A stretch of 64,000 nucleotides of DNA from positions 39,421-103,420 of the forward strand of contig CAVVMW010000027.1 of the NCBI GenBank assembly GCA_963749495.1. Direction: 5' to 3'. Positions 31,969-40,717 of the stretch are shown piece by piece; position 1 is the first letter of the stretch, and the number at the start of each line of letters is the position of its first letter. The notes under the pieces were generated by a model, which saw only the letters and a program-made list of their open reading frames with translations, had not been told where the DNA came from and ran no database searches. Origin of the DNA: an uncultured bacterium. Its GTDB lineage: Bacteria; Verrucomicrobiota; Verrucomicrobiia; Limisphaerales; UBA8199. The translations under genes and the position numbers were made by a program.

Positions 31969-33124
31969 TGGTGATCCGGCCCCAGTCCACGCCTCCGACC
32001 AGGTTGGCTTGGGTGTCATAGATGGAATCGCCATAGACGGGCATCCACCGACCCAGCTCCAGGAACCGTGTCCGAATGGCCTCGGGGATCGTACCATCCG
32101 CAGTCGGCCCCGCATTGATCAGGTAATTGCCGCCCTTGGAGGCGATGTCAACCGTGTTGCGGACAAGTGTCTCAGCCGACTTCCAATTGAAATCGTGGTC
32201 GCTGTAGCCCCACGTGTCGTTCAAGGTCATGCAGGATTCCCAGTCCACGCCTTTCATGCCCGTGGCCGGGATGTTCTGCTCCGGCGTGGTGAAATCGCCG
32301 TGAGCGGTGTCGAAGATTCCGAGATTGTCTCCCTCGACATTGGGCAACCAGAAGAGGCGATTGTTCATGATGATCGCGGGTTGGTTCTTCCGAACCAGAG
32401 CCATCAACTCGTTGGCTCGCCAGGAATCCCCCTGCGTTTCCTTGCTGCTCCAGTCCCACCAAAGAACATCAATCCTGCCATAGTTCCGGGTGATCTCGTT
32501 CGCCTGGTGGTGCAGGAAATCAATATACCGATCCCACTGGCGGCCGGCGTCGGGATCCGGGAGGCCTTTGTAGCGCTCATTGGCCAGGGGATGGGGAAGG
32601 CCGGTTCCATGGACCTTGAAATCCGGATGATGCCAATCAATCACGGAGTGATAGACGCCGACCCTCAAGCCCTCGGCACGAAGGGCTTCGACAATTTCCT
32701 TGAAGAGGTCGCGCCCGGTGACCTGCTTGGCATCGAACGTAGTGAATTTGCTGTCGTGGAGGGCAAATCCCTCATGATGTTTGCTGGTGAAAACCACGTA
32801 TTTTGCGCCCATCGCCCTGGCCAGCTTTGCCCAGTCCTTCGCGAACCCCGGCTTGGGAACGAACAAGGGCTTGAGTTTGGCCTCATATTCTCCGGGTTCG
32901 ACGCCGGCCAGTTGCTGAATCCATTCCACGCCGCCGCCATACGGCTTGCCCTCCCAGTTGCCTTCCGCGGCGCTGTAAAGGCCCCAGTGCACGAACATTC
33001 CCAGCCGGGCTTCACGCCACCAGCCCATGCGCTGGTCGCGCTCCTCCGTGGTTTCCGCGCGCATTCCAGGGGCCAATGCCAGCAGCATGGCGCCCACCAA
33101 ACCGATCAGACAGGTCTTTTTCAT
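31969..33124 (-). pseudogene. GH29 alpha-L-fucosidase lacking its C-terminal beta domain
   Basis: WWREARLGMFVHWG, SKHHEGF, LWWD, WESCMTLNDTWGY, GGNYLINAGP; breaks after WGRITT. Confidence 0.9.
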
Positions 33125-33576
33125 ATTGCTACGACACCCCAGGAGTCGATTGCCTCACCCTGCAAATAGCCGCTGAGGTAAACCGAGTCGGTCGCAGCGG
33201 CGTAATTGACCCGCCGCACGTTGGCGAAATCCTCCGGCCACGGCCACGAGGCTGGGTGCTCCGCTTCAAAACGTGGCGTGCCATCATCATTCCACCCGCG
33301 AAAGGCGTGACGGCGGATCGTCTTGCCGGGCGCGTCGCCGTGCCAGATGTCGCCGTTGGCCGCGATGACCGTGCCATCCGCGGCAACCTCGATTTCATCC
33401 GCGCCGTTTTGCACCCAGTAGCCAAATCCGTTCGGACCGCCATCGCCGGCGAAGGTGTTGCCCACCCACGAGGTGGCATAATGGCCGGGTGGGGCGTGAA
33501 AGTCAGCCGAGCTAGCCCAGAAAGGTCCAAACAAGAGTTGGAAGAGCGAAAAGACGACAAATGCCCGGGGCCGCAT
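33121..33576 (-). pseudogene. Heavily deleted secreted (NHL-like) protein remnant
   Basis: Signal peptide, TSWVGNTF...WVQN...VAADGTV, then abrupt jump to NGDIW...W.WP..F..V.R..Y; too short for the fold. Confidence 0.5.
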
Positions 33577-33667
33577 AATCGAATTCAGGATGCACGTGCG
33601 AGAACCGATGGTCAATCACGCGAAATGCAGCTAAACTTCTCTGCGCGTGCAACATACCGAAATGCTT

Positions 33668-33997
33668 ATGAAGAAATCAATTGCAGTCTTGTTTGTGATC
33701 GTGGGGCTGGCCCTCCTTGGCGGGATGTGGCTGCATGCTCAACCCACCGAGTCCCGCAGACCGCCCGAGGTTCAAGAGAGCCGGCTCGCGGTGGTGTGGA
33801 GCAGTGGCGATCCGGAAGTGGCCCACCGCGTGTGCTTGATGTATTGCCATAACGCGAAAAAGCAAAAATGGTTCGACCAGGTCATCTTGGTCGTTTGGGG
33901 ACCTGCAGCCCGGTTGCTGGCTGCGGACAAAGACCTGCAGGCGAAGATAAAGTCCATGATGCAGGACGGAGTTCAGGTTGAAGCCTGGAACGGGTAG
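33668..33997 (+). pseudogene. DsrE-family protein, truncated before its CxxC
   Basis: LAVVWSSGD.EVA, MY.HNAKK.KW, VVWGP, GVQVEA then break. Confidence 0.75.
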
Positions 33998-34434
33998 ATG
34001 GAACCCGTTCGCCACGTCGGGTCTTTCGGGTCGGGATCGCCAATCTCCATCTCGTGACCCTGGCGCACCGCATTCCAGGGGTCATTGCCTGGGTCCGGGA
34101 AACGCAAAAACACGCCCGAGTCGGCGATCTGCTCCTCCTGCACAAACTCGCCGTGGAGGACAAAATTTGTGTATTGCCGGCCCGTGTACCACCATAAACC
34201 CATCCCACTCACCCCGGTGGCGACCCCGTTGGTCATGTCGAAGCGGCCGGGGCCGCATTGGCGCCATTTCTTGAGCGCGTCGGCAGAGAACAGCGAGACA
34301 AAACCCGCCTCAGCCGCAGCCTTGGCTGCCAGGGTGGCGGCAGAATCCGCGGGTTGAGCACAGGCCAGCGGGGCCCGGGGGATGACCGTGGCCAGAACGG
34401 TCAACAGCACGGAGACTGCAAATAGAGGTCTCAT
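33973..34434 (-). pseudogene. DUF1080 (3-keto-disaccharide hydrolase-like) protein, 3-prime truncated
   Basis: GFVSLF, GMGLWWY, YTNFVL, DSGVFLR, GHEMEI, TGSIY; WN...GLQ.H half missing. Confidence 0.85.
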
Positions 34435-34739
34435 TTTCTGGTTGAGGACGGTGGGGTGGGCGCATTTGCACGGCTGAAAAGCAAATCCAGCACCGCCAAT
34501 TCGCAAATTCTCGGCGCGACGGCGTAACTGCCGCGACGGAGTTCGACCGCCTGGCCCAACTCACTCGCCGGTTCGTTGGTGATGCCCAGGGGGTTGTCTC
34601 CAGGTTCGGACCGGCGTGGCGTGCGCCGATTCTTACGATGTCTCGGAGCGCTTGCGCAGAACGGCCTCGGTGTCGAAGTCAACGGCATGGGGCGTCCCCT
34701 CACGGACATGCTTCAGCAGTGGTTCAAAGTGCTGACGAT

Positions 34740-35688
34740 TTAAATCCCGAATCCCTGGCGATAGCGTTTGCGGATTAAGGCCTGAGCTTCAGGAGCGTTT
34801 GTTGCCTGCATGGCGGCTGAGTCCCACTCTATGCGTCGCTGCATGCGCCCGGCAAGATTGCCGACGAGGAGGGCTTCGGTGAATGGTCCGGAGTAGGCGA
34901 AGCCGGCGTGGGCATCCGCAGGCCTTTTATCTTTGCAGGCCTGGATCCATTCCGGGCGATGGCCGATGGAGCGGGGAATGGTTTTCGCGGGTGGGCGGAA
35001 CGAATTATGGAGATCCACCGGGAAGAGCCTGGGTGGTCCGGACCAACCGCCGCACAGGATCGTGCCGTTGTCGCCCAGGAACAGGCGGTGTCTCGGTCGG
35101 ACGCAGTGCCGGCTGTTTCCACCAATTCCCGGGGCGGTCAGTCCAGCCGTGCACCTCGCGCACGGTGCCGATGGCGCCGGCCAGGATATATTCCCGGGTT
35201 AGGCGGATGCCTTCACCCGCATGGCCGGCATTGCCCATTTGGGTCACCAGCCCGGTTTCCCGGGCCAGCCTAGTCATGATCCGAGCTTCCTCGATGGAAT
35301 GGGCCATGGGCTTCTCGACATAGACATGTTTGCCGGCGCGCAGGGCGGCCATGGTAATCGGGGCGTGCATGTGATCTGGCGTGGCGATCATCACGGCCTC
35401 GATGTCTTTGCGCCGCTCAAGCATGACCCGGTAGTCCTTGAGGCGTTCGGCCCTGGGGAAGGCGTTGAAAGTGCCAGCAGCCTTGGCCCAATCGACATCG
35501 CACAGCGCCACGATGTTCTCGCTCTTCATGTCGCTGAGCACGCCACCGCCCTGCCCGCCGATGCCGATGCCGGCAATGTTCAACTTCTGACTCGGAGGCG
35601 TGAGCCCTTGACCCAGCACATGTCGGGGAACGATTTGAAAGCCAGCCGTTACGGTGACCGCAGTCTTGAGGAAAGTGCGTCATTTCAT
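34740..35688 (-). pseudogene. Tat-exported Gfo/Idh/MocA oxidoreductase with nonsense codon and internal deletion
   Basis: MK*RTFLK (TGA 35680-35682), PSQKLNIAGIGIGGQG, ATPDHMH, HVYVEKP, QMGN; jump PPVP to LFLGDNG at ~35080; C-term EALLVGNLA...YRQGF. Confidence 0.9.
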
Positions 35689-35815
35689 TTGATGCTTGCC
35701 AGTTAGGGAGCGTTGGGCGCGGATGTCAATGGTCAAAGAGGGGTTCGAGCTGATGTTGGCCCTTCCAAAGAAGCCGACAACGTCGGAGGTGTTTTATGAT
35801 TCCGTGACGACAACC

Positions 35816-36538
35816 TCACCACCGATAAAGCCAGACATAGGTGGTGTATTCCGTGGGAGGCGGGTCGTGGAACACTTTGTCGCCGATCTTCTCGCCGCAG
35901 CGGCAGGTCAGGCGCAGCCCGTTCTGGAAGAACAACGGATCGTCTTCGTGGAAACGATACGCCGAAAACTCGTTCTCCTGCGGGTTGAAGTGGGTCAATC
36001 CCGCCACCGGCGTGGCGTAACGCCCGCGGTTAAAATAGTAGGTGCCGAGAAAATAATCTTCGAGGCCTGACGAAAGCATGAGCGGCTCCTGGTTGCCGCC
36101 CATATAAGCCCGCATACAGGCTTCCATGAAGCCCAGGTCTTTCCATTGGTCCTTCTCGCTCTTGCGCAGACCTCTTGCCGCCATGGTCACCTGGTAGAGC
36201 GCTCCGTTACCCGTCACGTTACAGAGCGCAAATTCCTCCAGCGGCTTGGCCGTAAAATGCTCCAGTTTGTACAGCTTTAGGCGCGCGGCGTCGGGCAATA
36301 CCACGCCGCCTAGCGTCACCGGCAGATTTTCCGTGCCCCGGATGATCCACCAGAACTCCGGCGCATCGGGCGCGGTCGGAGCGCGCTGAGCGGTGACCCG
36401 AATGCTCGTGCCGAAGGTCTTGAGTTTGGATAAGTCCGTGGTCTGAGCCAGGGCCAATTGAGAGAATGCCAGCATAGCTGGCCAAAGCCAGTCACTCAGC
36501 GCGTGCAATTTCCTGTATCCCTGTTTCATGGTGTTCAT
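35816..36538 (-). pseudogene. DUF2961 (GH172-like) protein with in-frame internal deletion
   Basis: SSGLEDYFLGTYYF, SAYRFHEDDP; signal peptide joined directly to SIRVTA at FGT (~36410). Confidence 0.7.
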
Positions 36539-36589
36539 GTCGTAATGTAGTTCTCTCGACAACATCGGCTGGACATTCGACCACGACAA

Positions 36590-37743
36590 CCAGGATGGCC
36601 CTTGCAGTCAATCTGGATGTAGTCGGGGTGGACCGCCTCGATGATTTTCTCGACCCTCTCCGGAGTGGTATTTCCGCCGGTTTCAGGGTTGTCAGGGCCG
36701 GCATGAAGATCGAAGTGGATGCCAAAGAAACTGTCCGCTCGCTTGAGCCGCTTGGGCGTAACCGTGCCGGCCCGCTCGCGCAGGGCCGCCCGGATGGCTT
36801 TGACCTGTCTCACCTGGTTGGGCGCCAACTGACCGATCGGCCCGGCGGCGGGATCGTAGTTAGGTCCCATGTCCAGGGTGATCACGCCTTGCCGGGCAGT
36901 GACGTTTCGCGCCCATTCAACCCATTGGTCATCGGCAAACCGCGTGTTGCGCCGCATCCAGGAATCTCCCAGATAGGTCAACGCATGCCACTGCGAACCC
37001 TCCAGCCAGCGATCGCTGGGAACGACTTGCAGCGGCTCGTTGAGCTCGCCGGCTGTATAATCTTCGGCCTTTGTCCAACGGATTACTCTGACACCGGGAT
37101 TGAAGGTGACGATGGCTTTGGGGTTGCCGTGTTTGACTGCGGCGGCGTAACGGGCGGCAATGGCATCGTTGAAGTGAATGTGCTCGTAGCCGCCGTCGAA
37201 CCACCAACCCGAGACCTTCTCCCCATACCGGTCGGACCATTCCTGGATGACCTCGCTCCATTTCTCGGCGAAGGCAAGGTCAATGGGCTGGTCCCGCGCG
37301 CCCTGAGGCAAGCCGAAGGCCTTCTGCGCGCGCACATCTTCGTTGGGGGTCTGGCAAGGAAGATAGAGCATCAACCGGATGCCTTTGGGCTGTAGCGCCT
37401 GGTAGAGCGCCAGCGGCAGATCGCGGCTTGCGCACCGCTCGCCCGGGGCGTAGCCGGTCCGCTTTTCGTAGGCGGCGTTGGGAGAGTTGAAATAGCCGGA
37501 GTTTTGTCCCAGGGTGAGGACCAGGTAGCCGGCGCCCATCTCTTCCAACTGGTCCGCCAGGGCCTTTACATCGAACAGTTCGGCCTTTTTGAGACCCGGC
37601 TGGCCGGAGGGGAGGAAATGGATGAAGACCCCGTATTTGGCCTGGCTGAACCAGTCGGTGTTTGAATTGGGGAGTTGCGCCTGGGCGATCGCGGCCAGCG
37701 CGAGCAAGAGGCCGGTCAATGGTTTCAGCATGGTTGTTTTCAC
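36590..37743 (-). pseudogene. GH29-like alpha-L-fucosidase domain followed by a truncated second (GHL6-like) hydrolase domain
   Basis: WFSQAKYGVFIHF, GWWFDG; then FFGIHFDLH...DYIQIDCKGHPG and break. Confidence 0.7.
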
Positions 37744-37766
37744 TTATACAATTGGCATTTTCCTGA

Positions 37767-39464
37767 TTAGTGTTGGGATGCTCGATAAAGCATGGCCAAC
37801 TGATCCGGCCGCACGGCCGCGTACCCGGGTCCGAGCCCTTTCTGGACTAGTTCCAGAACGTCCAAGGCCTTGAGCCAGTTGCCCAAGAAGATGTGCAGGA
37901 AGGCCGGACGGTTCGTCGGCGTCCACTCGCGGATTTCCTTGATCATGAAATCCGCGGCCGTGCGGCACCCTTCCGGGGTGGTAACATCGCCCGGCGGCCC
38001 CGAGTTGATGGCCCGGAACACGGGTTTGCCCGCGGACAGGAACACCTCGTTCTCGCGTTTGGTCCCCGCCATCCGTCCGTAATTGGCAAATATGCCTTGG
38101 AGCCCTGGCATTCCGGCAAAGCGGGCGAGTTTGTCGGGAGACATCTCGAAAATCGTGGACATGACCGTCGCATCGAGCCGTGCCCGGTACTCGGCCGAGT
38201 ACCGCAAGTAATCATCCCAGACCTGCTTTTGCTGATCGGCGGGCAGGAACTCGGCGAAGTTGTCTTCCCAAATATAGCCCACGCCGGTCAAAGCATTCAC
38301 GAAACACTCGTTGGCCGAGGCATGCTTGTAATAGTAATCAAGTATGTCCGGCATCAAGTCGGTGGCGGAAGTCCCGATTTGCCAGCCCATTGGAACCCGG
38401 CCATGCGAGGGCTGGTTGAAGAGTTTCCGATACCAGAAGCGAAGGAAATTCATTCCGTCGCCATCGGAGCGCACGAACGAGTAATAGACCTTGTCGCGTT
38501 GCAGCGTGATGGGAGGGATGGTCTGGCGGAAGGTGGCCGTAGTGCCCGAGTGCACGGACATGTTGCCTGCCGCCACAGCTCCAGCATCATGCCCGGTGCA
38601 AATCTCGTATTTGCCGCACTGGCTGGCCAGCTTAACTCCGGGCCACTCCCCAATGCCGTTGTCCGTTCCTTCGTTCATGTCATCACCCGGCCACCCCAGG
38701 CAGGGGATATTGGCTGGCCACTTCAAGAACATTTCTTGGACAAAGGCCTTTTCCTCCTCAAACGACGAGTAAGGGAATTTGTGGCCCGCTTTCTCGTGGC
38801 AGATCCAGACGACCGGCACCTTGAACTCCACAAAATAGTCTCGATTGGGATGTTTCGTGGGGTCCGCATAAGCCACGGCCTTGCGGGAAAGCTGGCCACC
38901 GATTTCAACCAGCGCCCAGCGATAGGCCTCCACATCTTTCGTCCAGCGCAGGTTGCGTAAATCCAGTCCGCCTCTGCTTGGACCTTTGGCGGTGGCCACG
39001 GGCAGTTTGAAACGACTGGCATGGTCGGGCGTGACCACCAGTCCGTCGTGTACTCCCGCGAGCATGGTTGCCACGTTGATGCTGGCCGGAGTCGCCGGAT
39101 CGGTGATGAACATGCACCTGGCTGCGGGAAGGAACTTCCTCCACAGCTGTTCCAGAGTCAGCCCGACAGTGTCCTTGACGTCGCCGCGCTCTCGAAGCCA
39201 CTCCAACCATTGGTCATCGTATTCGTCCTGCACCAGATAAAGCTCGGGCCGGCGCCTGTTTACCAAGCCTTGGAGGCATGTCACGGTTAGTTCCAAGTCG
39301 CGCTGCTCTGCCGTCAACTCGCTCAGCCGAAATACGTGGATTCGCCTTGAAATCGGTTTGGATTTCATGGCCGCTTGGAAATGGCGCTCCCGGCCGGTGG
39401 CGGCGCCGAGCGCGCTGGCGGCCATAAGGAGGGCGCAGGTTCCGACAAAATCCCGCCGATTCAT
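37767..39464 (-). CDS. Tat-exported GxGYxYP-family putative glycoside hydrolase
   Basis: NRRDFV, LQGLVNR, NVATMLAG, N.SVHSG, SDGD, GVGYIW. Confidence 0.8.
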   Translation of the reverse strand: MNRRDFVGTCALLMAASALGAATGRERHFQAAMKSKPISRRIHVFRLSELTAEQRDLELTVTCLQGLVNRRRPELYLVQDEYDDQWLEWLRERGDVKDTVGLTLEQLWRKFLPAARCMFITDPATPASINVATMLAGVHDGLVVTPDHASRFKLPVATAKGPSRGGLDLRNLRWTKDVEAYRWALVEIGGQLSRKAVAYADPTKHPNRDYFVEFKVPVVWICHEKAGHKFPYSSFEEEKAFVQEMFLKWPANIPCLGWPGDDMNEGTDNGIGEWPGVKLASQCGKYEICTGHDAGAVAAGNMSVHSGTTATFRQTIPPITLQRDKVYYSFVRSDGDGMNFLRFWYRKLFNQPSHGRVPMGWQIGTSATDLMPDILDYYYKHASANECFVNALTGVGYIWEDNFAEFLPADQQKQVWDDYLRYSAEYRARLDATVMSTIFEMSPDKLARFAGMPGLQGIFANYGRMAGTKRENEVFLSAGKPVFRAINSGPPGDVTTPEGCRTAADFMIKEIREWTPTNRPAFLHIFLGNWLKALDVLELVQKGLGPGYAAVRPDQLAMLYRASQH

Positions 39465-39574
39465 CGAGGGTCGCCAATTTTGCATAGGGGTGGTTGCTGC
39501 CCACCGCGGCGGGGCTCCGTTTAATGCATTTGGGTGATTCATTTTGTCTTATCGAAATCTCCTGTGTGTGCGCT

Positions 39575-40642
39575 TTAGCCTTCCAGCAACGCCCCGTTCG
39601 CCCCTTGCCATTGTTCATCGAGCCACTGCGCGATGCGGGCGAGTTCGCGCCCGCCGGGCGTTGTCGCGTGGCGGTTGCGCGCGGCGATGTCGCAGACTCG
39701 GGCGAGTTGGTCGCGCAGAAACGCGCGCTTCTTGCTGTCGAGCCGGCCGCTCTTCCGGCGCGACTCGACCAGCCCGGGAGTAGTCAGCGGCGCGGGCACG
39801 GACCAGTCGCGGTCGGTGCCAAAGACGCGGCAGAGTTCGAGCAGGTCCAGCACCTGCGCAGGTTGCCAGCGCCCTCCGAAAAGTTCGAGGCCCAGCACAG
39901 CATGGAGTGCGTCGTTGGAGAGGTCGGGGTCGGCGGTGTATTCTCGATAGGCGATCCGGGCAGCGCGCACCGGCAGCTCGCGATAAGGCGATGTTCCTTC
40001 CGCCAGCCAATGGCAGATAGCGTAGTCGCTCGACTCGATAAACAGGCCATCCGCCCCGGGATAAAACTCGGACGCCAGTTCGCGAACATATTCGAGCATG
40101 AACCGCTGTGATTCGGGCTTGGCCGGGCAGAGGTTCCAACCCCAGCAGTGAATGCCAAACTCAGCGACGGGCTTGGCATCCGCTCCCATGGCCTTCAACT
40201 CCGGGAGTTCACGCGGATACTGATTGACGCCATCGTAGCCGAAGGGCGTAAACCCGAGCAGGCACTTGATGCCGCGCCGGTGCGCGTGCCGGATGAGCCG
40301 GCCCATGAAGTCGTGCCGGACGTTCAAGTGCTCCGCGTTGTATTGCCAGGTGATAGGGAATTTCCTCGACCGGAAACCGCCCCCGAGCCAGAGAATGAGG
40401 GTGTTCACCCGCTCCTTGGCCAGATCGTCGACCAGGTCGCGATAGGCGTCGTAGCCGAGGGTGGGCGTGCGGCAGGGAAGGAGATAGTAGCCACGCTCAG
40501 AGAACACCTTAGTCGCCGCGGGCCGCGACGCCCCCGTGGCCCCGATACCGAACGCCCCGGCCGCGGCAACCGTGGCAAGGAACTGGCGGCGAGACCATCT
40601 GCTGTGCGTTGGCTGAGGATCGAAGAGGATCGGTTGGTTCAT
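39575..40642 (-). CDS. Tat-exported putative TIM-barrel glycoside hydrolase, probably internally deleted (~40010)
   Basis: SRRQFL, ERGYY, LI.HAH.RGI, LCP, DGLFIESSD.AICH then abrupt change where a CxC motif would be expected. Confidence 0.55.
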   Translation of the reverse strand: MNQPILFDPQPTHSRWSRRQFLATVAAAGAFGIGATGASRPAATKVFSERGYYLLPCRTPTLGYDAYRDLVDDLAKERVNTLILWLGGGFRSRKFPITWQYNAEHLNVRHDFMGRLIRHAHRRGIKCLLGFTPFGYDGVNQYPRELPELKAMGADAKPVAEFGIHCWGWNLCPAKPESQRFMLEYVRELASEFYPGADGLFIESSDYAICHWLAEGTSPYRELPVRAARIAYREYTADPDLSNDALHAVLGLELFGGRWQPAQVLDLLELCRVFGTDRDWSVPAPLTTPGLVESRRKSGRLDSKKRAFLRDQLARVCDIAARNRHATTPGGRELARIAQWLDEQWQGANGALLEG

Positions 40643-40717
40643 GTAGAATTACCTAAAGTTCCACCATCATCGTGGGTACCCGGCCATCCCGTGCCAGCGG
40701 AACTGCCGCCCGGCGGT

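Noticed and set aside
34431..34740. Short ORF-like pieces between DUF1080 and the oxidoreductase
   Set aside because: Probably remnants, but they cannot be assigned
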